Part shown: piece after piece, positions 54,064-64,000 of the stretch
How positions within the stretch are numbered: the stretch's first letter is position 1
How the letters are laid out: the number at the start of each line of letters is the position of its first letter
NCBI GenBank assembly: GCA_951406725.2
Contig: OX597815.1
Span: 195,920,001 to 195,984,000 of the forward strand
From: Octopus vulgaris
Taxonomy: Eukaryota
Length of the DNA stretch: 64,000 bases
Direction: 5' to 3'
Program-made: the position numbers and the translations under genes
Notes under the pieces: generated by a model
Databases searched by the model: none
Told to the model about the DNA's origin: nothing
The model's input: only the letters and a program-made list of their open reading frames with translations

Positions 54064-55352
54064 CGAGGGGCGTTCAATAAGTAATGCCCCTGACCCACTT
54101 CCCATAGCAGTAGAGCAACGAAACTTGGCACAGTTATTAGTCTTTTTCTACATAGGAGCCATCCAGAGTTACGCATTTCTCACATCGTTTGATGCAGCTC
54201 TGAAGACCGTTTTTGTAGAAGACCCCAGCTTGGTCCTCCAACCACGACGTGACTTCAGAAATCAAGGCTGCATCATCTGAGAAACGTTTTCCTTTCAAAA
54301 ACTTCATGGCTGAGAAGAGGTGAAAATCAGAGGGTGCAAGGTCGGGAGAGTAGGGGGGATGAGGGATGGGTTCATAGCCGCACGCCTGTGCTTCTGATCT
54401 GGCGACACGCGAGTTGTGAACCGGAGCGTTGTCCTGCAAGAGGAGGATGCCTTTGCTGATCTTGCCCCGCCTCTTGATTTTGATAGCTTCTCTTAATTTA
54501 CTTAAAAGTGAAGCATAATAGGCTCCTGTAATTGTGGCACCCTTTGCCAGGAAATCTGTCATCAGTACTCCGTCCTTGTCCCAGAAGACTGTGAGCATGA
54601 CCTTGCCAGCAGAGGGCTGCACCCTTGCCTTCTTTGGAGGAGGTGAATCACGGTGTGTCCACTGCATTGACTGGGCTTTGGTCTCTAGATCAGAGTGATG
54701 GACCCAGGTTTCATCCTGTGTAATCAGTCTTTTGAAAAATTTTGACTCATCTTCTTGGCACATCTCCAAATTCATCCTCGAGCAATCGACACGTTCTTGC
54801 TTCTGGAAAGATGTGAGCAACCAGGGAATCCATCTGGGAGACACCTTTTGCATATGCAAATGGTCATGAATGATAGTTTCCACAGACCCAGTACTAATCT
54901 TGACCTCATGGGCTATTTGGCGAATAGTTATGCGTCGATCTTCCAAAATGGCAGCCTCAACATGACGGACAGATGCCTCATCAATGGCAGAAGGGGCCGA
55001 CCAGATCTGGGAGCTGTTTCCACAGAGTTCCGACCATGTTTGAATTCACGATGCCAGCGTTTTACAAGGTCATATGATGGGGCATCATCACCATAAGTTA
55101 CTTTCATTTCATCAAAAGTCTCCCGTGGTGTACGTTCTTTCAATTACAAAAACCGGATCACTGCTCGACACTCAACAGGCTCCATTTCACACTTGACTCA
55201 GTTCAAACACCTGTAAATCAGAAACCACAATTAGTTCAGAGTTGTAATTTTCCACTTAATCTATAAAGATATAAATAATTGTACATGCAAAATTTCAGCT
55301 AGATCAATTAATTGCAAGTGGGTCAGGAGCATTACTTATTGAACGCCCCTCG
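54064..55352 (-). mobile_element. Full-length mariner (DD34D) DNA transposon, 37-bp TIRs, TA TSD
   Basis: TA|CGAGGGGCGTTCAATAAGTAATGC(C/T)CCTGACCCACTT at both ends with 1 mismatch; 1289 bp. Confidence 0.96.
54137..55185 (-). pseudogene. mariner transposase pseudogene
   Basis: ATG at 55185 (MEPVECRAVIRFL*), in-frame TAA at 55144-55146, frameshift near 54980; motifs WIPW, TQDETWVH, QDNAPVH, YSPDLAPSD with 34-residue D-D spacing. Confidence 0.93.
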
Positions 55353-55423
<71 letters not shown>

Positions 55424-56102
55424 CTCCACCATCGCTTGACAACCGTTGTTACATAGTGGGACGGCAACTTACAACGAACAAGGCCTGGGGTCGATTTGTT
55501 CTACTAAAGGCGGTGCTCCAGCATGGCCGCAGTCAAATTACTGAAACAAGTAAAAGAATAAAAGAATAAAGAAGAGAAAATATGTCTATATTTATACAAC
55601 TGGCGAACGTCGTGTTATTTCTTCCGGTTCTACTTTTTTCCATAAAATCAAGTATCCGTTAAGTATTGGGTTGAAGTAATTTACTTGTCCTCTCCAGTAA
55701 ATATTGCCCTGTCTTGGCCCTCGCGGTGTACCATTGTCATGTCTAGGAGGAATGTGGTAATATCGGCCACTTGCAGACCATGAAAATCAGGTAGGCAGAC
55801 TTATTTTAAGCAAGGTCTCAAGAAAACTACTAAAAAGTAAAATATATGCATATAGAGATATATATATACAAACATTAATTCAGACATACGTGTGTGTGTG
55901 TGTATGTGTGTGTGCGCGCGCTTGTCATAACTTTGACCCTTTCAGAAAATATTGTTGAATATGGCAGTGACAGCAATCTTGAAGCTGCTGAATTATAAAT
56001 GAGCTTAAACGATAAATGAACAAAGAAGGACGCTTAGAAGTTGAGGAAATAAATACGAGCTTGTGAAAGATCAGCAAAAAATGCTGAATGGAAATATAAG
56101 TA

Positions 56103-56284
56103 CGAGGGAGTGCTGAAAAGTTACTGGCTTTGAGTAGGAAAGAATACAGGAAGATCAGTTAATTATATGGCTTTATTCTAAACATATTCACCTCTCAAAA
56201 TCACACGCAGAACTCAGAGGTTTGGGCTACTAACCAGGCTTTTCGCGATAGCTTTAAAGCCAGAAACTTTTCAACACACCCTCG
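56103..56284. mobile_element. mariner-derived MITE
   Basis: TA|CGAGGGAGTGCTGAAAAGTTACTGGCTTT ... AAAGCCAGAAACTTTTCAACACACCCTCG. Confidence 0.8.
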
Positions 56285-56364
56285 TGTATGATTAGAAAGA
56301 GAAGAATATAGATAGACATAGTAGAATTGATATAATGAATTTATACGGAAGATAGATCTATATA

Positions 56365-56780
56365 TATTTCTTTATTGCCCACAGGGGGCTAAACATAGAG
56401 AGGACAAACAAGGACAGACAAAGGGAGTAAGTGGACTACATCGATCCCAGTGCGTAGCTGGTACTTATTTACTCGACCCCGAGAGGATGAAAGGCGAAAG
56501 TTGACCTCGGCGGAATTTGAACTCAGAACGTAACGGTAGACGAAATACCTATTTCTTTACTACCCTCAAGGGGCTAAACACAGAGGGAATGAACAATGAC
56601 AGACAAACAGATTAAGTCGATTACATCGACCCCAGTGCGTAAATGATTCTTAATTTATCGACCCCGAAAGGATGAAAAGCAAAGTTGACCTCAGCCGAAT
56701 TTGAACTCAGAACGTAACGACAGACGTAATACCGTTAGCCATTTCGCCCGCCGTGCTAACGATTCTGCAAGTTCACCGCC
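56365..56780 (-). mobile_element. SINE family C dimer
   Basis: Head + two units. Confidence 0.88.
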
Positions 56781-57109
56781 CCCGGAAAATAGATCTAGAT
56801 TAGTACGCTGAAAGTCATACACAGACAAATGCAGTGGGTACAGATATCAAGAAATAGGATTTGGAGGAAATGTAGTTCATGCGGAAAAATTCTGGTGGAG
56901 CCGTGAGGCATTTGTTATGTGGCTAAAGGAGAATGTTGTACATCCAAATATCGTATAATATGCTCTAACACTGTAAACATGGACAAAACGTTTGCAACAA
57001 ATATCCAAGTAGTGATGGTGTGTTAAAACATATAACAGACGTGTACCAAGTTACTATTAAACATACATACAGACAGACAGATAAAACTGGAATCAAAAGG
57101 AATTATTAT

Positions 57110-57240
57110 ATATATATAAATTTAATATATAATAAATATAATTTAATATGTAATAAATATAATTTAATATATAATATAATTAAGTTGCGTAATATATAAT
57201 AAATATAATTTAATATGTAATAAATTTAAGTTGCGTACTA
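57110..57240. repeat. AT-rich ~21-bp tandem repeat
   Basis: AATAAATATAATTTAATAT(A/G)T repeated several times. Confidence 0.8.
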
Positions 57241-57264
57241 TTAGCTTCAGAATAAAGAAATTTT

Positions 57265-57645
57265 ACTGTGTACATTATAAGGGTAAAAAATTGGAATAAT
57301 TTATTACCAGTGGTTCGCATGCCTAATAAAAGTCATATGGCAACTTATTTTCACATATCAGAGCGTATGAAGATTTATATACGGAGAGAAGATCCATGAC
57401 GGGACTTCTAACATGCTAAAAAGGGCAGTGAAATTCAACTACAAATGACAAATTTATTTGCCCATTAATAGGGTAACTCGAGTATGGGATTAACTAATAA
57501 TAATACATTTCATTCTAGTGCCATTATCGGCGTGCCTTCAGAATCCTTTTTTTCCTGGTTTGGGTGTAGATGCCCTTTTTAGCATGCTAGACGTGCCATC
57601 ATGCGTCTTCTCTCCCTGTATAAATCTTTATACACTTTCATATGT
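57265..57645 (+). mobile_element. pLTR-like unit with an inverted tail-bearing segment (diverged ~75-bp inverted repeat)
   Basis: 57353-57427 is the inverse of 57571-57645; the tail motif ATGCGAACCACTGGTA..ACCCT lies on minus at ~57280-57320. Confidence 0.6.
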
Positions 57646-57854
57646 ATATATGTATATATATATATATACATATACACGAACACGTGCTCACATAGATTTT
57701 ATAGTCTCTAGTAGATTAAAAGACAAAATATACCATAAATTCTTGTGAATACTAATATTAATCTAGTATCCTATTTCATAGATGGACAGAATAATATGCA
57801 TGACAAGTTGAACAGCCATTGGGAGTGCTAAGTATTCTTTCTCATTCCAGTTGC

Positions 57855-58160
57855 AAAGAAACCGGATAACATCATACGGTATGAAAGAAAGTGGTAAATC
57901 TATTCGAGTTAACGGTCCCTCATGGACGCCGCTCAGCGTTATGAAGACCTTCTCGAGGACTTTGAAGACGCGGGCTAGAAAGCGGAGGATTATTCAACTG
58001 AAGCCGGACGTAGAGGATTCGTTGGACACAATGTGAGGCGACTTTTGTTGTCGCTAGGCCTAACTTATCGTAGAGCAAATACCACCACGAGTGGTATCCA
58101 GACAACAGTGGAGAAAGCTAGCCATTAGGTTTTGTTATAAAGAACAATGGCTAGAAGAAT
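57855..58160 (+). pseudogene. Decayed HERO/R2-group RLE endonuclease fragment
   Basis: KPDNII..FELTVP..RYEDL..AG*..EAGRRGFVG..LLLSLG..VEKASH*. Confidence 0.6.
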
Positions 58161-58467
58161 ATTGTGCGAAAGCTATAAACCAGCTGATCGAGCTAGTAAG
58201 CAGTTGATCATTTCAGTGAGGGGAGCTGGTGCGCAATGATGTCGTCGAGAGGAAGACCTCGAAATGGCGTGCATTCTCTCCTGATAGCTCCATAAATTTG
58301 CTAGCAGCCTGTTTGCGGAGCTTTCAAATGTCTCTAACATTTTTTGCATCTGGTTGTTATTGTTCTTCTGTAATAGTGAGGCTTTATCCCTTAATGTGCT
58401 GCTTTTGTATACAGTGACCGCGAAGAAAATTTGCAGAACAGATATTTTTACTGAGGTACATCTTGTA

Positions 58468-58579
58468 ATCACCCGAAGAGACACATCTACACCGACGGAT
58501 ACTCCTAAACCAGTTGGCTGTTCAGTATCCTACTCGTGAGGGATTGCGATACTAGATGGATCGAAACATTTGTAATAAT
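58468..58579 (+). ncRNA. Degenerate hammerhead-like motif (HHR10)
   Basis: ATCAC-CCGAAGA-GA..CATCTA..TAGATG..TC-GAAA-CATTTG-TA-ATAAT; stem I pairs only if two G>A changes are assumed. Confidence 0.35.
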
Positions 58580-58786
58580 CAATAAACATTCTCGCATTTT
58601 CCATCTTCCATTAATCACACACACGCACACACACATATATATTTATGACCACTCGTTCACATAAATTTTCTAGGGTATTGTAGTTGACAATATACCATAA
58701 ATTCTTGTGAGTACTAATACTAATACTGAATAAACATTGCCGGACAGCAAATAGAAACTTGAACATTGCTTAGAAAATAAATTTCC

Positions 58787-58872
58787 TTTTTAACCTCGTG
58801 TATAATACGCACTAGGGATTTTGAGCTTTAAATTTTGGGGAAAAAATGCGGATTATACTCGAGGATTTACGG
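58787..58872 (-). mobile_element. Terminal fragment of the pogo/Tc2-type MITE
   Basis: Reverse complement of ~39478-39562. Confidence 0.85.
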
Positions 58873-59169
58873 TAGTAACCCATAAAAATCATATCATATC
58901 GAACCTGGTATGAACATTTGTAATAGCGTGAACGGTACTAAAGTTGTCCGAGGATTGGTGGTGATAGTACATGAGGCATATTTAAATGTTTAACGTATCT
59001 AACCATCGAATGATATACATCACATAAAATCGACATTTCCAAAATCACTTAGTTCGTATACTAAAGTATTCTTTATATTAACCCACTTATAATATATATG
59101 TACATGTTAATTTAAAATTAAAATAATAAGAGTGAGAAATTGAATATTAATTTGATTAATATGTATTGA

Positions 59170-59690
59170 AAACCAGTGGTGTAGCAGATAAGACCATAGC
59201 TGATCTTCTAGCAAAATGGATGCCCACTGTTAATGGTTCAGCCCTCTTATATAATAGTTTGACTTTAATAGTTTCAGTATTAAGGTGAAAGTATCTGACA
59301 TTACAATAGAGAGATGTTTTTGTTTCACTTTTAACACATAATACTGAATTAGTGGAGAAGATATGATATTGCTGTGGGCTCGTCCTAGACAAGAACTTAA
59401 ACATTTTTTTTTTGCCCATAATACTACATGGACCCTAAGTAAGGCATGTGTAAAATTTGAATGAAATTTGTTGCGGAGTTCTCAAGTTTTAGGGATTCAT
59501 AGTGGAGAAGATATATTGCTGCGGGCTCGTCCTAGACAAGAACTTAAACATTTTTTTTGCCCATGACACTACATGGACCCTAAGTAAGGCATGTACAAAA
59601 TTTGAATGAAATTGGTTATGTAGTTCTCAAGTTTTAGGGATTCACATAGACAGACAGACAGACACACATTCTCAGTTTTATATATATAGA
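59170..59690 (-). mobile_element. Probable non-autonomous Helitron with a 150-bp internal tandem duplication
   Basis: Minus strand starts A|TCTATATATATAAAACTGAG, like the element at 16055; units start at 59351 and 59501; the 3' end is uncertain. Confidence 0.6.
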
Positions 59691-60429
59691 TAATATTCCT
59701 CTTCAATGAAATTAACCAAATCAAATATGCTCACGTTCTCGGCAAACTCGGAGAGCTGAGATGGCAAAACATGATAGAACGCAATGCAAAGGAATTGAAC
59801 TAATCAAAGCTTAAATTTAACTCTGTTATATATTTAAATGTATAACTGATGGTATTAAATTTTCCGTCAGCATCTGTATCAACGATATTTTTTTTATCTT
59901 TTATTAAAAATTCGCAATAAAATCATAAAAAAAGTCGATGGGATTTCTCCTCGAAAAAACATCAAAATTTTTTTTTTGCCATAATGTCAGATTTCCGAAA
60001 TAAAAACAAACATATTTTAGCGTGTGTATAAAAATTTTTTTTCCTACATCACCATTTTGAATATGTGTGTTTGTCATTTATTTAAATTCGCATTAAAAAT
60101 CGAGTTCTTAATATTTCCGATTTCAAGATTACTTACTAACTTTTTTCTCGACACATTTCTCCTTACAATGTTTATAAAAACACCATCTCTTCATATTGAT
60201 ATTTAAAATCTAAAAGATAAAATAATAAAAACATGAAAGTACGGATAATGATTTTAAAATAACTCGTCAAAAAAATCACTTGGTACACTCCAAAACACAC
60301 ACAGACTCACACGCACACACACACACATACAGACACACAAATACCCATACACATACATACACACACTCATATATTCACACATACATACATATACATACAT
60401 ATATATATGTGTGTGTGTGTGTGCTTATT

Positions 60430-60795
60430 CTTTTATTCTTTTACTTGTTTCAGTCATTTAACTGCGGCCATGCTAGAGCACCAGCTTTTAGTCGAACAAA
60501 TCGACCCCAGGACCTATACTTTGTAAGACTACTGCTTATTCTATCGCTCTCTTTGGCCGAACCGCTTTGTTACGGGGACGTACAAACACACCAGCATCGG
60601 TTGTCAAGCGGGTGGGGGAGCAAACACAGACATACAAATATATACGTTGGGCTTCTTTCAGTTTTCATCTACCAAATCCACTCACAAGGGTTTGGTCGGC
60701 CCGAGGCATCTGCCCAAGGTGCCACGCAGTGGAGCCGAACCCGGAGCCATGTGGTTGGGAAGCAAGTTTCTTACCACACAGCCACGCCTGCGCCT
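60430..60795 (-). mobile_element. SINE family B
   Basis: Match to family B with a small internal deletion. Confidence 0.85.
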
Positions 60796-60858
60796 ATGTA
60801 TATACGTGTCTTCGCGTTTATATGTAGATGTGCCTGAGTTAGAGTATGTGGTTTGTGC

Positions 60859-60896
<38 letters not shown>

Positions 60897-61212
60897 GGTG
60901 GAAGCGCATGGCTCAGCGGCAGGTGCGTCAGAGTCGCAATCACGAGGTAGAGAGTTCGATTCCCGGACCGGGCTGTATATTATATTCTTCAACAACACAC
61001 TTTATTTCACGTTGATCAAGTTCACTCAGTCGCAGAAATTAGTGGTGACGTCACTGGTGCCTTTCCCTTTGATAACATCGGCGGAGTGAAGAGAGGAGGC
61101 TGGTATCCATGGGCGACTGCTGGTCTTCCATAAACAACCTTTTCCGGACTTGTGCTTCAGTGAAGAACTTTCTAGGTGCCGTCCCATGGTCATTCATGAC
61201 CGAAGGGGATTT
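60897..61212 (+). mobile_element. SINE family D
   Basis: Match to 46720-47053. Confidence 0.85.
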
Positions 61213-61647
61213 TTACTCTGTATATATAAACGGGATTCCTACAGTTTCCACCTACCAAATCTAGTCACAAGACTGTGGTCAGCCCAATGTTGTACTAGAT
61301 GTCACTTGTCCACATACGTGGTTGCACTGAAAACTAATTCTTAATGGGAGAAATCGCTTCTAGCTTTGTGTATTTTAAGGAATTTCTATGACTGACTGAA
61401 GAGTATATATACACTTCTATACAATTCTTTTATTTTTTGGGTTTTGTCTTGTTTTTTTTTCCTTTCCATGAGATAATGTTCTTAACGTCGGGAATAACAC
61501 TATTTCTTCTTCACTTTTTGTGTCTTCAGCAAGACATAACTCAGACATGAAATTGATTTAGCTAACTTAATTTTTTTTCCTTCTTGTTATAAGAGTTGAG
61601 AAAAGAGATTCACAGAGAGACTTGAAATTAATTAAACTAAATTAATC

Positions 61648-61667
61648 TCTTCTTCTTCTTCTTCTTC

Positions 61668-61699
<32 letters not shown>

Positions 61700-62012
61700 C
61701 TTCTTCTTCTTCTTCTTCTTCTTTTTCTCCTCCTCCTTCTCCTCCTTCTCCTCCTTCTCCTCCTTCTCCTCCTCCTCCTCCTCCTCTTCTTCTTCTTCTT
61801 CTTCTTCTACTTCTTCTTCTCCTCCTTTTCTTCTTCTTCATTCTCTTTTTCTTCTTGTTCTACTTCTTCTCCCCTCCTCCTTTTTCTTCTTCTTCTTCAT
61901 TCTCTTATTCTTCTTGTTCCTCTTCTTGTTCTTCTTGTTGTTGTTGTTGTTGTTCTTCTTCTTCTTCTTCTTCTTCTTCTTCTTCTTCTTCTACTTCTTC
62001 TCCTCCTCCTCC
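61648..62012. repeat. (CTT)n/(CCT)n/(GTT)n compound triplet repeat
   Basis: Directly visible. Confidence 0.97.
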
Positions 62013-63000
62013 TAACACTAGAATGATGTGAGGAAGAGATAGAAAGATAAACTTCACACATACTGGTAAAATATTTCTAATGTACATTTGCATTACGTAA
62101 AAGTTCTTTTTGCACAGACACAATTAATGATATTGTTTTCTTCTACGAACAAATACACACGCCTGTCTTCGTATGTGTCTACTGACATTTTCATAAAATT
62201 ACAGTTAGTCTGTGTCTGTATAAGACGATGTAGCGTTCCTTGATACTAGGTTTCCTAAATCTGGTTTCTAACTTATCTTCAAAGCTCTGCATAACTGTTT
62301 CAATAATTTAAATTCATGTTATACCTTTGATAATAATTTCAGTGATGCTTATTTCTTAGAGATTACTTGACATGTAATTCTTTCTTTTATTTCCTCCTTC
62401 ATAAAACTAATGAATGCATCCAATATATTTATGTAAATTTTAATCACGATAAATCTATCTCAAATGATGCTATTAATCATGTTTCCATTTAAATTTCTAA
62501 TATATCCTCTCAAAGCATCTTCAACAGTTATGGCTCTTCAATAATCAGACCCTGCTCTCAATTGGTTTATCTGATAAATTACCTCGCATACGTAACATTA
62601 GACTCTAAATTATGCTTGGAGAAGTAACTCATTACAATAAGTCCCATGTTACTCCTCATGGTATTATTAGTAATTATAAAACCTTTGATACATGTCTGCA
62701 GGCTACCTGCAAACAATTGATAAATTTTATTTCTAATTTCTACCTCAAGGTTGCTTGGGCAGTTCTGGCGAGGAGTAGAGTTTTCCTTTGGAAAATGAAG
62801 TATTTTGTTTGAAATCCTCAACATGAAGTTGAAGATTGCTAAAGCAATATTCTTTACAATGCATCTCTCTCCTCCCCACCTTTCTTAATTCTCTGTTAGA
62901 TTATTCTCCAAGACTGTTCGTTGTTCTTCGTTAAACTGTTTTCCTATTTTTTCCTCTTCTTTTCTTTTTCTTACTATCCAGATGTGTTCTCAAGGATTGA

Positions 63001-63150
<150 letters not shown>

Positions 63151-63227
63151 TAAAGTAAGCAGATCTCACACCTGTAACTGGATGATGAATCTCTTGTCAG
63201 ACTCTATTCCTGTTTTGCGGGATGGAC

Positions 63228-63310
<83 letters not shown>

Positions 63311-64000
63311 TTATGTGTGTGTACCTATATATACATACATGTGTATGTATGTATCTTCTTTTCCAAAGCATAATACTAATAACTTACCTGTTCAGCGAAA
63401 GATAAAGATAGAATAAGTACACGGCTGTAATAGAAAATTTGTACTAGAGTCCATTCGACTGAAATTCTTCAAGGCAGTGCCCCAGGATGGACGCAGTTTA
63501 ATAAGTGAAACAAGTAAAGGAGAAAAGATAATTATAGAGATAAATATATTTACACAAGCCTGGTCACCAACTTGATCTCTGAATCCCACTAAAAGAAACC
63601 GTGTTTATGAGCTGGGAGAAAGGTTCTTTCTTTCTTTGTAAGAAATTTGGAAGACAAAAAAAGAACGACAGAAAAAAAAACATAACTATGTTGAAGATAG
63701 ACAATAATATGTTGACACCAAATATTAAATCCTGATTGCACATACAATCAGTCATGTGTCCAGTATTCGTACATAAAACCGAACAGGTAATAACTACAGA
63801 ACACATTAAAATTTCTGTCTGGTCGGTTAGATAACAGCTTTAATGTTAACAACTCCGGAAGCAATTGATTTCTATAGTTTCATCTACCTCAAACTTCAAA
63901 CTCTCTCTGTCTCTCTCTCTATCTCGATCTCGCTCTCCCTCTTGCTCTACTTCTATATATCTCTCTAAATATATTCTATTTCTCACCTTTTCTCCTATGT

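Larger units (their letters stand above)
53929..55570 (+). mobile_element. SINE family B split by the mariner insertion
   Basis: 5' half at 53929-54057; microsatellite and 3' half at 55353-55570. Confidence 0.8.

Noticed and set aside
61495-61535. Other CTGANGA/GAAA co-occurrences (here on minus; also 32573, 34416, 41870, 57500-57545)
   Set aside because: Stems I/III do not pair or the core is incomplete; consistent with chance.
61632-62123. Poly-E/R/G ORFs resembling acidic low-complexity proteins
   Set aside because: They coincide exactly with CTT/CCT triplet repeats and have no splice or homology support.
62150-63000. Possible decayed coding or retroelement sequence on the minus strand
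   Set aside because: The purine bias is suggestive, but no recognisable motif could be read.

Overview
AT-rich, microsatellite-dense eukaryotic DNA with no recognisable intact host gene. The repeat families resemble those of octopus genomes (inference, not a database result). Autonomous-type elements are a near-full-length Penelope-like retroelement (PLE: RT + C-terminal GIY-YIG, 1-2070, minus), R4/Dong-type RLE LINE 3' fragments stacked in a (TAA)n tract (21.5-27.2 kb), a decayed RLE LINE bracketed by (TACA)n, and a full-length but inactivated DD34D mariner. There are also MITEs, non-autonomous Helitrons and dozens of SINE copies from four families. The most notable signal is about ten hammerhead-ribozyme (HHR) motifs, from intact-looking to decayed. 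Most lie in short non-coding units within (TA)n tracts that show PLE-style partial-tandem or inverted ends. Several share a 3' tail motif, a palindromic stem III and an unusual A-A or U-U apposition at the base of stem II. One unit contains a perfect tRNA-Phe 3' half, and another encloses a copy of nearby host DNA between two inverted ribozymes. All coordinates and pairings were read by eye and may be off by a few bases.
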